DNA from: a virus
Direction: 5' to 3' (one strand)
DNA: 58,183 nucleotides
IMG/VR virus record: IMGVR_UViG_3300034069_000553
Location: 1 to 58,183 of that record
In this document: positions 15,165 through 22,602 of the stretch, piece by piece
Layout: the number at the start of each line of letters is the position of its first letter
Numbering within the stretch: position 1 is the stretch's first letter
The notes under the pieces: model-generated
Told to the model about the DNA's origin: nothing
What the model saw: only the letters and a program-made list of their open reading frames with translations
Databases searched by the model: none
Program-made: the position numbers and the translations under genes

Positions 15165-16549
15165 GCCGGCACCTGGCGGTCATTGATCTTGAACCCAGGA
15201 ATGTGCGCGGGCGGCTTCGGCCCGGCGCGAATATCCTTCACGGCCTGTTCCAGCATGAAAGCCTTGAGCGCGGCCGGCTGCACCTTGCGGTAGTGCTCGA
15301 TCGCCGCGGCGGGATCGATCAGCTCGGGCTCGTAGATCGTCTTCATGCCGATGGCCCGGCCGCCGCCGACCGGCTTGACCTGCGACTTGGCGCGTTCGGC
15401 CTGCTTCATCTCGGAGACCGCGCCCTTGGCGTCGTTCAGTAGCGCCTCTGCCTGCTCGCGCGCCGACAGATCGCCGCTGGTCGCTGCCGCCTGGGCCGCC
15501 TCGCGCGCTGCCTTCGCCACGCGCACAGCCTCCGCCGCCGCCTTGTCTGCCTCAGCCCGCAGTGCGTCATCCTTGGCCTTCAGGTACGGCGCGAGCGCGG
15601 CGTTGCACGCGGCGATGGCAAGGTCAGCCTTGCCGCGGTCTTTCTGGATCAGCGGATTGTAGCGCGCCTGCACCTCCGCCTTGCCATCATCGAACACCTT
15701 GGCTTCTACCTTGCGGAAGCGCTCTGCCTCGTTCGCCGCGTCGCGGATTTCGTTGCGGAGCGTGCCCACTTCCATCGCACGCAGCTCGTTGTCGATGCCT
15801 TCACCGTCGAGCAACCCCTTGGCCTGCTCGTACAACTTTTCGATCTTGATGCGGCTCTGCTCGTAGGGGGACAGTTCCGCCTCTTCCGGCGGCGGCATAT
15901 TGTCGCCGACCTGCACGCGGGGATTGTCGCTGACTGGATTTGCCCCAGATACGGGCTCGCGCTCGCTTTTCGGCAGCATGGGCGCCATGGTGTCGCGCAA
16001 CGCAAAATACAGCCGGCGCGCGGCGATCGTGTCGGGAAGCGCGCTGTGTGCGCCCTCGTGCTTCTTCCCGAAGATGATCTGCATCGCTTCCGTAAGATTG
16101 GGCTTCTTCAGCATCCCTGCTTTCTTCGCCGGAATCTTGCACACGTCCTTTGCGGCAAAGCAGGTGTCGAAATACGGAATTGGCGTTTCCCACTTGCGAC
16201 CGAGATGCCGCGCCGCCTGGATGCGCATCATCCGTTGATCGAATGTGACGTTGAACCCGGTCATCACGCTCGCACGCGCAACCCACGCCTCGAAGTCGGC
16301 CAGCATCTGCGCGGGCGGGATACCGCCGGCGGCCATCTCATCGGTGATGCCGTGGATGGCAATTGTGTCGGGCGGGATCGGGACGCCGATGTTGACGATC
16401 TGGTCATAAGTGTCGAGCACCTTGCCGTCCGCGTCGCACAGCTCCATCGCCAGCGAGACGACGTGCGGTTGATCCTTGTGGTCGCTGGGTTCATGCCAGA
16501 GCGGCAAGCCAGTTGTCTCCGTGTCGAATGCGAGAACAAGATTGGTCAT
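15161..16549 (-). CDS. DnaQ-like DEDDh 3'-5' exonuclease with a long coiled-coil C-terminal extension
   Basis: FDTETTGL, IAIHGITD, FNVTFD, EGAHSALPD in the first ~185 aa; Ala/Glu/Lys-rich helical tail. Confidence 0.8.
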   Translation of the reverse strand: MTNLVLAFDTETTGLPLWHEPSDHKDQPHVVSLAMELCDADGKVLDTYDQIVNIGVPIPPDTIAIHGITDEMAAGGIPPAQMLADFEAWVARASVMTGFNVTFDQRMMRIQAARHLGRKWETPIPYFDTCFAAKDVCKIPAKKAGMLKKPNLTEAMQIIFGKKHEGAHSALPDTIAARRLYFALRDTMAPMLPKSEREPVSGANPVSDNPRVQVGDNMPPPEEAELSPYEQSRIKIEKLYEQAKGLLDGEGIDNELRAMEVGTLRNEIRDAANEAERFRKVEAKVFDDGKAEVQARYNPLIQKDRGKADLAIAACNAALAPYLKAKDDALRAEADKAAAEAVRVAKAAREAAQAAATSGDLSAREQAEALLNDAKGAVSEMKQAERAKSQVKPVGGGRAIGMKTIYEPELIDPAAAIEHYRKVQPAALKAFMLEQAVKDIRAGPKPPAHIPGFKINDRQVPA

Positions 16550-16559
16550 TGTGTGCCTT

Positions 16560-16766
16560 TCAGGAAGCCGTCACCGGGAGGAATGGAAGCTGGTCCGCCA
16601 GCGCTCGCCCGGCCGCGGCGAGGCGGTACACTCGCCAAGATCGCGTTCGATAAACCCGGAACTCGATCTCGGCCAAGCCAGAGGTGATAAGCGGGACCAT
16701 GTGAAGCAGTGGGCCGGGTGAGCCCACCACTCCACAGTCGCGCAATTGTCGAATCGCGCCGTTCAC
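16560..16766 (-). CDS. hypothetical, possible small winged-helix protein
   Basis: GLAEIEF...RVYRLAAAGRAL pattern; operon context. Confidence 0.35.
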   Translation of the reverse strand: MNGAIRQLRDCGVVGSPGPLLHMVPLITSGLAEIEFRVYRTRSWRVYRLAAAGRALADQLPFLPVTAS

Positions 16767-16767
16767 G

Positions 16768-17076
16768 TCAGGCGTCGAGGACAGGCGGTTCCGGCTGTTC
16801 CGCCGCAGCGATCAGCGCCGTGCTGGTGCCGGCGATAATGAAATCAGCGGTCATCGCATCCGCGACGGCGCGTGCCTGCGCAGCCAGCTCTTCAGCCATG
16901 ATCGCGATTACCTTGTCGCTGGCTTCCTCAGAGAGGCGGATTTCGGTCTTCCCGTGCGCGCCGATGATCTCCACCGTGGCGACCAAGGGCTGATCTTCTA
17001 TTTTCTTTCCCAGACCGTAATAGGTCCCGTTGCCGTGATACCCTTCGCGGGTGACCAAGAGGCGTGCAAGAAACAT
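16768..17076 (-). CDS. hypothetical protein, first gene of the leftward operon
   Basis: ATG 17076 (MFLARLLV...) preceded by a GGCACAC box and a purine-rich SD. Confidence 0.6.
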   Translation of the reverse strand: MFLARLLVTREGYHGNGTYYGLGKKIEDQPLVATVEIIGAHGKTEIRLSEEASDKVIAIMAEELAAQARAVADAMTADFIIAGTSTALIAAAEQPEPPVLDA

Positions 17077-17096
17077 GGCAGTGTCCTTTCTTCGTT

Positions 17097-17103
17097 GTGT
17101 GCC
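17097..17103 (-). promoter_or_regulatory. GGCACAC leader box (instance on the minus strand)
   Basis: minus strand reads GGCACACAACGAAGAAAGGACACTGCC-ATG(17076). Confidence 0.4.
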
Positions 17104-17133
17104 GTGCAATCAGATGCGCCCCAAAATATCGCC

Positions 17134-17150
17134 TGTCAACACGCTTGACA
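17134..17150. promoter_or_regulatory. palindrome TGTCAA-N5-TTGACA: back-to-back -35 hexamers / operator candidate
   Basis: Perfect 6-bp arms in the 103-nt divergent intergenic region. Rightward TTGACA-N16-TATTGC ends 8 nt before ATG 17180. Confidence 0.5.
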
Positions 17151-17179
17151 CAAAAAGGCATGAGCGTATTGCTTGCGAT

Positions 17180-17359
17180 ATGGCATTCAAGAAACGGACC
17201 CCCCGGCACGACTGGCGCGCGCAGCTTACTGTCGAAGAGGCGCGCGAGGTGAAGCGCCTGGACAAGCAGATTGCGGTTGCCCGTGAAGCGATGGAGCGGC
17301 TGTCGCCAATTCGTAACCGCGCGATTCAGCGCTGTCGGTATCTCGAAGGCTCGAAATGA
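17180..17359 (+). CDS. hypothetical small basic protein (59 aa), first rightward gene
   Basis: MAFKKRTPRHDWRAQLTVEEAREVKRLDKQ...; near-leaderless relative to the predicted -10. Confidence 0.55.
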   Translation: MAFKKRTPRHDWRAQLTVEEAREVKRLDKQIAVAREAMERLSPIRNRAIQRCRYLEGSK

Positions 17360-18012
17360 CCGGCGGCAGTCAGAACCTTCGCATGTACCGCCGCGCTCGA
17401 CGCGATGGCATGAATCGCGTGGTGGCCGCCGAGTTGTCAGGTATCGCGCTTGGCGAGGCGAAGCTGATCGATGCCGACGATGCCAAGTTTCCGCCTTCAC
17501 CGGAGGCATATGAATTGCTGCGTGTCGAACCGCTGCAACCCGCCGAAGCATCGGCACATGAAGAGGAAAAGACCCCCATGCCCGAACAGGAAATCTTGAC
17601 CACCCACGCGGCGCAATCGCGCCGCGAAACCGAGCGCGCCATCGATGGCGGCCTCGTTCCCGGTCCGGCGATGACCGGCGGCCAGCTAATCGACCAGATC
17701 GGCGACGGCGAGCTGGGCGCGGAACTGCACGTCAAGGCGGTTGATCTCGCCGCGGCGATGAACGAGGTGGGCAACCGCACCGGCAACAAGGCCAAGGGTT
17801 CGCTCACGCTCAAGATCGACTTCGAGCGCGACGGCGACTCCTTCAAGGTCGCCTACGACATCAAGGCCAAGAAGCCCGAGGTGCCCAAGCCGCGCACGAC
17901 GATGTTCTGCGACGAGCACAATCGCTTCAGCCGCTTTCCCGCCGGGCAGGCGCAGTTTTTCGGGATGCAGCGTGCCGGCGAAGGGCCGGGCGGCATCCGT
18001 AGTGTCGGCTGA
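17356..18012 (+). CDS. hypothetical protein
   Basis: ATGA overlap with the upstream ORF; G/C-ending codon bias. Confidence 0.6.
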   Translation: MTGGSQNLRMYRRARRDGMNRVVAAELSGIALGEAKLIDADDAKFPPSPEAYELLRVEPLQPAEASAHEEEKTPMPEQEILTTHAAQSRRETERAIDGGLVPGPAMTGGQLIDQIGDGELGAELHVKAVDLAAAMNEVGNRTGNKAKGSLTLKIDFERDGDSFKVAYDIKAKKPEVPKPRTTMFCDEHNRFSRFPAGQAQFFGMQRAGEGPGGIRSVG

Positions 18013-18031
18013 TTGCCGATCAAGAACCCCC

Positions 18032-18050
18032 GCCGGGCGGGTCGCCCGGC
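18032..18050 (+). other. GC-rich hairpin (8-bp stem, 3-nt loop) just before a GCACAC box
   Basis: gccgggcg-ggt-cgcccggc, no T-tract. Confidence 0.5.
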
Positions 18051-18051
18051 A

Positions 18052-18057
18052 GCACAC
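18052..18057 (+). promoter_or_regulatory. GCACAC leader box
   Basis: aGCACACGAGAAGGAACGAAC-ATG(18072). Confidence 0.35.
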
Positions 18058-18071
18058 GAGAAGGAACGAAC

Positions 18072-19076
18072 ATGGACGATCAGAACGATTCGCCGGATAT
18101 CGGCGGTGAAGACGAAGCCGGCGGCGCGGTGGTGTTCGGCATGGGTGGTGCCGGCCTGGCGACGCTCGAAGGTGTCGGCGCAGCGCTGACCGCATCGGCC
18201 GAGTTCGGTGACCAGCGCGCGCGTCCGCTGGTCCTCAATGTCACCGACCCACTGACCGGCACCGAGGCGCTGGTGCAGATCACCCGGAACGGGATCACCG
18301 CGCTTCCCGCAAGCGTGTTCGAGGAATATCTGACCGAGCCCGGCCGCCGGCGCGGTTCCGCGACCATGCTCGACCTCAAGAGCTTTATCGATCACACCAA
18401 TCGCTTCAAGGACGGCGATTCGGTCATCTTCGCGAACAACGATCGCAAGACCCCCAGCTTGGCCGCGGTGCTCGACTACCATCGCGCCGGCGCCGACAGC
18501 GATCCGCGGTTCGGCACCCACCGGACGCTGCACTCCTTCCCGCTTTCCGACGAGTGGACGGCATGGATGGCGTTCAACCAGAAGCCGCTTTCCATGGTGC
18601 AGTTCGGTCACTTCCTGGAAGACCACATCATCGAGGTGTTGCCGCGCGAGTTCGTGCAGCTCGGCGAGGAATCGCAGCGCTTCGTGGACACGCTCGGCGG
18701 CATGGAGATGGTCGCCCAGCCGGGCCGGCTGATGGATATCGCCAACAACTTGCAGGTCAACGAGAAGTCGGTGATGCGCGAAGCGCAGAAGCTGCAATCT
18801 GGCGAAACGTCGATCGAGTTCCAGACCGAGCACCAGGACAGCAGCGGCAACAAGCTGGTGCTGCCGTCGATGTTCGTCATCGGCATCCCGGTGTTCAAGA
18901 ACGGTCAGCCGTATCAGATCATCGCGCGGTTCCGGTATCGCAAGGACGGCGCGAGCTTGGTGTTCTTCTACGAGCTGTGGCGCACCGACCGGGTGTTCGA
19001 CCATGCGTTCGATGAAGCGTTGGAGAGCGTTCGCGAGAACACCGGCTTGCCGGTCCTGATCGGATCGCCCGAGTAA
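18072..19076 (+). CDS. DUF2303 (YfdQ)-like protein
   Basis: LDYHRAGADSDPRFGTHRTLHSFPLSDEWTAWMAFNQKPLSMVQFGHFLED resembles my recollection of DUF2303. Confidence 0.45.
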   Translation: MDDQNDSPDIGGEDEAGGAVVFGMGGAGLATLEGVGAALTASAEFGDQRARPLVLNVTDPLTGTEALVQITRNGITALPASVFEEYLTEPGRRRGSATMLDLKSFIDHTNRFKDGDSVIFANNDRKTPSLAAVLDYHRAGADSDPRFGTHRTLHSFPLSDEWTAWMAFNQKPLSMVQFGHFLEDHIIEVLPREFVQLGEESQRFVDTLGGMEMVAQPGRLMDIANNLQVNEKSVMREAQKLQSGETSIEFQTEHQDSSGNKLVLPSMFVIGIPVFKNGQPYQIIARFRYRKDGASLVFFYELWRTDRVFDHAFDEALESVRENTGLPVLIGSPE

Positions 19077-19083
19077 CTAAAAA

Positions 19084-19118
19084 GGGGGCGGAGCCCGAAA
19101 GCTCCGCCCCCTTTCCTT
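19084..19118 (+). terminator. rho-independent terminator
   Basis: 11-bp perfect stem gggggcggagc/gctccgccccc, loop ccgaaa, followed by tttcctt and preceded by an A-run. Confidence 0.8.
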
Positions 19119-19125
19119 CCGCGTT

Positions 19126-19132
19126 GGCACAC
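19126..19132 (+). promoter_or_regulatory. GGCACAC leader box
   Basis: GGCACACTAGAAGAGGACACGTCAGG-ATG(19152). Confidence 0.4.
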
Positions 19133-19151
19133 TAGAAGAGGACACGTCAGG

Positions 19152-19505
19152 ATGCCCGAGGACGCATATACAGGCGCGAAGCGTCAGCGCCAAGCCCGCT
19201 CGTTTTGGTCGAGCGAAGAAGACGAGATCGCGTGCAAGCTGGCTGCCGAGGGCAAGGACGCCCGGCATATGTCCGAGCACTTGGGGCGAACCGAGCGCGC
19301 CATTCGCATTCGTCTCGTCTGCCTGCGCCGCGAAGGGCGGGTGTTGCATGGTGCCCGCGACGGATCGGGCGGGCCGCAGCACCTCCACCCTGACGATCCC
19401 GGCATTGCCGGGGCCGAAGAGCACGGGCGCTGGCGCCGCGCCGCAATGATCGCCGGTCGCCAGCACTTGGCTGCGGTGGCGCGGTCGGGTGGCGGATACC
19501 GCTGA
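19152..19505 (+). CDS. Myb/SANT-like HTH protein
   Basis: WSSEEDEIACKLAAEGKDARHMSEHLGRTERAIRIRL. Confidence 0.45.
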   Translation: MPEDAYTGAKRQRQARSFWSSEEDEIACKLAAEGKDARHMSEHLGRTERAIRIRLVCLRREGRVLHGARDGSGGPQHLHPDDPGIAGAEEHGRWRRAAMIAGRQHLAAVARSGGGYR

Positions 19506-20080
19506 TGGCGCGAGCGGGAGCCGCGACACACGATCGCGCCAAGAACGACCTGTACCGCACCAGCGATCCCAACGCCGTCAAGGCGCTGCTGCCGCACTTG
19601 GCGCCGGGCTCCCGGTTCTATGAGCCATGCGCCGGCCATGGCGATCTCGTGTTTCAGCTGATCGAGGCTGGGCACACCTGCGTCGGCGCGCTCGATATTG
19701 AGCCGCCAGAGCATGGCTTCTGGCTGTCCGGAATGGATAACCCCGCCGAGCATCCCATACAGCAGGGCGACGCGCGCGAGTTTTATGCGGCGAAGCACTG
19801 GAGCGCGATCGACCTGTTCATCACCAACCCGACGTGGACGCGGCCGGTGATGCACCAGATCATCATGCACCTGTATTGGCAGCGCCCGTTGTGGCTCTTG
19901 TTCGACGCAAGATGGGCACACACGGACCAAGCGCGGCCCTACATGCCGCTATGCCGCAAGATCGTCTCTGTCGGCCGCCTGCGCTGGTTCGAGGGCACGC
20001 CGCACAAGGATACCAACGACGCCGCCTGGCATCTGTTCGCGCCGGCCGGCTCCACCGAGTTTATAGGGAGGGCGGCATGA
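19505..20080 (+). CDS. small SAM-dependent methyltransferase, probably a DNA MTase with variant motif IV (NPTW)
   Basis: YEPCAGHGDL (motif I-like) and DLFITNPTW (motif IV-like). Confidence 0.55.
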   Translation: MARAGAATHDRAKNDLYRTSDPNAVKALLPHLAPGSRFYEPCAGHGDLVFQLIEAGHTCVGALDIEPPEHGFWLSGMDNPAEHPIQQGDAREFYAAKHWSAIDLFITNPTWTRPVMHQIIMHLYWQRPLWLLFDARWAHTDQARPYMPLCRKIVSVGRLRWFEGTPHKDTNDAAWHLFAPAGSTEFIGRAA

Positions 20081-21030
20081 AGCCTCGCCACAAGAAGGTT
20101 CAGTTCAATCCCGAAGCGTGGATGGGCGACACCGCGCGCATGTCGCGGCTCGTGCGATCGGTCTATTTCGACGTGTGCCTGTTCAACTGGCAGAAGGCAG
20201 AGGCGATGCCCGAGGCCGAGCTGATGATGACGCTGCAAGATATCGGGGCCGATGGTCCCGGCATTGTGTCGCTGCTGATCCAGACCGGGAAGATTGTCGT
20301 GTCGGATGACGGCGGGAGTCCCGCTTACTATGTCGCCGAGGCTCTTAATGAAGCGCTGCAAGCCGCAGACTTGTTCGAGCGCAAATCTGGCGGCGGCAAA
20401 AAAGGGGCGGCAAAAACTAATGCCGTCGAGAGTGACGAGACACTGGCGGCGGGAGAGACTTCCCCCCCCAAGGTTTCCCCCAATGATATATATTCTAACC
20501 CCCTTCCTACCCCCCCCGGTTTGGGAGCTAACGCTCCCTTGCCGATTTCCGACGAAATCGCCGACACGTCAGCAAATCTTGCGGCTGCTGAACCGGAGCA
20601 GGAAACCGAGCCGAACGCCGAGGAGGCTGCTCGGCTGGCAGCGGAGCGACTTCGCCGAAAAGCGGAGCGGCGGGAGAGGCGGGCAGCGGAGCGACTTCGC
20701 CGAAAAGCGGAGCGGCGGGAGAGGCGGGCAGCGGACACCACCGCGATCGTGACCGCGTGGAACGCCATGGCGGTCACTGCCAAGCTGGCTCGCATCGCCA
20801 AGCTGACCGACGAGCGGCGGAAGAAGATCGGTGCGCGGCTGGACGAGCAGACCGTCGAGGAAATCGTGGAGGCGATCAACCTTATCCCACAGCGGTCGTT
20901 CTGCATGGGCCAAAACCCGCGGGGCTGGAAAGCGGACATCGACTTCTTGCTGAGGCCGAACACCGTCACGAAGCTGCTGGAAGGCACGGCCTACACCAGC
21001 GGCGACGAAACCAGCTGGGGCGGCGCATGA
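20077..21030 (+). CDS. replication initiation/organizer protein with an N-terminal DUF1376-like domain
   Basis: FNPEAWMGDTARMSRLVRSVYFDVCLFNW. C-terminal RGWKADIDFLLRPNTVTKLLEGTAY. Contains the C-tract/AT element and a 45-bp tandem repeat. Confidence 0.6.
   Translation: MKPRHKKVQFNPEAWMGDTARMSRLVRSVYFDVCLFNWQKAEAMPEAELMMTLQDIGADGPGIVSLLIQTGKIVVSDDGGSPAYYVAEALNEALQAADLFERKSGGGKKGAAKTNAVESDETLAAGETSPPKVSPNDIYSNPLPTPPGLGANAPLPISDEIADTSANLAAAEPEQETEPNAEEAARLAAERLRRKAERRERRAAERLRRKAERRERRAADTTAIVTAWNAMAVTAKLARIAKLTDERRKKIGARLDEQTVEEIVEAINLIPQRSFCMGQNPRGWKADIDFLLRPNTVTKLLEGTAYTSGDETSWGGA
20462..20517 (+). repeat. C8-N7-C5-[17-nt A/T core]-C5-N6-C8 element (ori / G-quadruplex candidate)
   Basis: cccccccc aaggttt ccccc aatgatatatattctaa ccccc ttccta cccccccc, inside the replication gene. 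Confidence 0.7.
20641..20730 (+). repeat. perfect 45-bp tandem duplication (x2), in frame
   Basis: gcggagcgacttcgccgaaaagcggagcggcgggagaggcgggca twice; encodes AERLRRKAERRERRA twice. Confidence 0.95.
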
Positions 21031-21692
21031 CGGACACCCGATCCCTTGCCCTGCTGGTGCTCGACAACGAGTGGAAGGCGCGCGATCTTGCCACCCAAGT
21101 CGAAGCGGATGCCGTCACCACCGCGCTCGCTGAGCTGGCCCAGCCGCCGCGCTCCCTGCTGGTCGCCGACCCAGACCTGAAAGGCGAACAGTCGCAGAAG
21201 CTGCGCAAGTGGTTGAAGCCGATCGGCATGAAGAGCTGGCCCACCCTGTCGGGCGCCGCGAAATCGGAATGGCTCGACGCGATGGTGCTGGCGCTGTCGG
21301 ACCTCCCCGCCGGGTACGTCATCGCCGCAGCCCAAGAAGCAGTCCACCGCCCATATCGATTCCCGAGTGAACCGGAAGTGGTGATCCGAGAGATCGTCGC
21401 GCGTGAGATCGAGAAGCGGACTCTGGCCGTGCATCGGTTGCGGATGCTGCTGGCGGAGATCAAGCGCGCGAGCGCGCCGGCGCAACCGCAGCTTGAGGCG
21501 CTTCCGAAACGCTGGACGTTGCCCGAGGTGCAAGAGGCCAACGCTCGGTTCAAGAAAATCGGCGTTGCGATGCGATACGAGCTTTTGCCGGATGGCGACG
21601 TTCGCAATTATTCTACCAAGATACTTGACGAAGAAGACCTTCGAGAAGATATCGGTGCCGGCGCAAGCGTTGGCGCGGCAATCAAGGAATAA
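21027..21692 (+). CDS. hypothetical protein
   Basis: ATGA overlap with the replication gene; coding bias. Confidence 0.6.
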   Translation: MTDTRSLALLVLDNEWKARDLATQVEADAVTTALAELAQPPRSLLVADPDLKGEQSQKLRKWLKPIGMKSWPTLSGAAKSEWLDAMVLALSDLPAGYVIAAAQEAVHRPYRFPSEPEVVIREIVAREIEKRTLAVHRLRMLLAEIKRASAPAQPQLEALPKRWTLPEVQEANARFKKIGVAMRYELLPDGDVRNYSTKILDEEDLREDIGAGASVGAAIKE

Positions 21693-21697
21693 TAGGC

Positions 21698-22120
21698 ATG
21701 ACGGAAAATCCTGACCATCTTCTGAGCATGACCGTTGCTGTCGTCTGTGCGGCGTTGCCTGTCAGCCCCGTGGGCGTGAACATCCCGGAGTTGATCTCCA
21801 CGACGTATGCCGCCCTTGGAGCGGCCGGTCAGCCAGCTGCGGCTGAACCATCGCCGGAAAAGATGCCCCATACCGCTGCGGTGTCGGTCCGAAAATCGCT
21901 GGCCGACCCCAAGGTGATTCTCTCGATGATCGACGGGAAGCCGTACAAGGCGCTCAGGCGTCATCTTTCCGCGAATGGGCTGACCCCCGCCGAGTATCGC
22001 GAGCGCTACAACCTTCCGGCAGACTATCCGATGACGGCTCCGGTCTACAGCGCTGCCCGTTCGGAAATGGCGAAGGCATCCGGCTTGGGGAAAAAGCGGG
22101 GCGACGATGCGCAAGCGTGA
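21698..22120 (+). CDS. MucR/Ros-family DNA-binding protein lacking the zinc ligands
   Basis: AAVSVRKSLADPKVILSMIDGKPYKALRRHLSANGLTPAEYRERYNLPADYPMTAPVYSAARSEMAKASGLGKKR aligns along the Ros DNA-binding domain. Confidence 0.85.
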   Translation: MTENPDHLLSMTVAVVCAALPVSPVGVNIPELISTTYAALGAAGQPAAAEPSPEKMPHTAAVSVRKSLADPKVILSMIDGKPYKALRRHLSANGLTPAEYRERYNLPADYPMTAPVYSAARSEMAKASGLGKKRGDDAQA

Positions 22121-22286
22121 CTATCGCGGCAGGATCAGCCTGCCCCCGACGCTCGATTACGACTATGAGGCGGAGATGCGAAAGGCTCGTGATCGCAGCC
22201 AGCTGCGCGTCACCATCGCCTGTGCTGTGATCGCGCTTCTGATCGTGGTCGCGGTGAGCATTGGAGGGCTTCCCCATGGAGGATGA
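22107..22286 (+). CDS. small membrane protein (59 aa)
   Basis: ATG-initiated ORF with one TM helix (VTIACAVIALLIVVAVSIGG); overlaps both neighbours. Confidence 0.4.
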   Translation: MRKRDYRGRISLPPTLDYDYEAEMRKARDRSQLRVTIACAVIALLIVVAVSIGGLPHGG

Positions 22287-22602
22287 ACGCGCGCCCGAAA
22301 CCAACGAGGAGTTGCAGCAGCGCATCAACTTTCTGGCGGATTCTGCCAGGGCCGGTATGTTCGCTGCTGGCGCCGACATGCTGGAACAGCTGACTGCGGC
22401 GGGGCACCGTGAGGCGCCCGCGATCATCATGCAGGCCGCCGCCATGATGGTTGCGGAGTTGCATGAACAGGTTGCGCACCAGCGCGGGGCGGACAAGAGC
22501 AAGGTCAAAGCTGCCATGCTGAGTGCGGTCGGCCTGTACTTCGATCGCTATTGCGCGATGAGCGTGCAGGATGCGCACCCCGATCAGGTCGCGACGCAGT
22601 GA
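22276..22602 (+). CDS. hypothetical helical protein
   Basis: MEDERAPETNEELQQRINFL...; coding bias. Confidence 0.55.
   Translation: MEDERAPETNEELQQRINFLADSARAGMFAAGADMLEQLTAAGHREAPAIIMQAAAMMVAELHEQVAHQRGADKSKVKAAMLSAVGLYFDRYCAMSVQDAHPDQVATQ

Noticed and set aside
19124-19140. Sigma-54 promoter (TGGCAC at 19125-19130)
   Set aside because: The required TTGC -12 element at the correct spacing is absent (sequence is TGGCACactagAAGAG). The TGGCAC is better explained as part of the recurrent GGCACAC box.
20641-20730. Possible CRISPR-like repeat
   Set aside because: Only two directly adjacent identical 45-bp units with no spacers, in frame inside a coding region.
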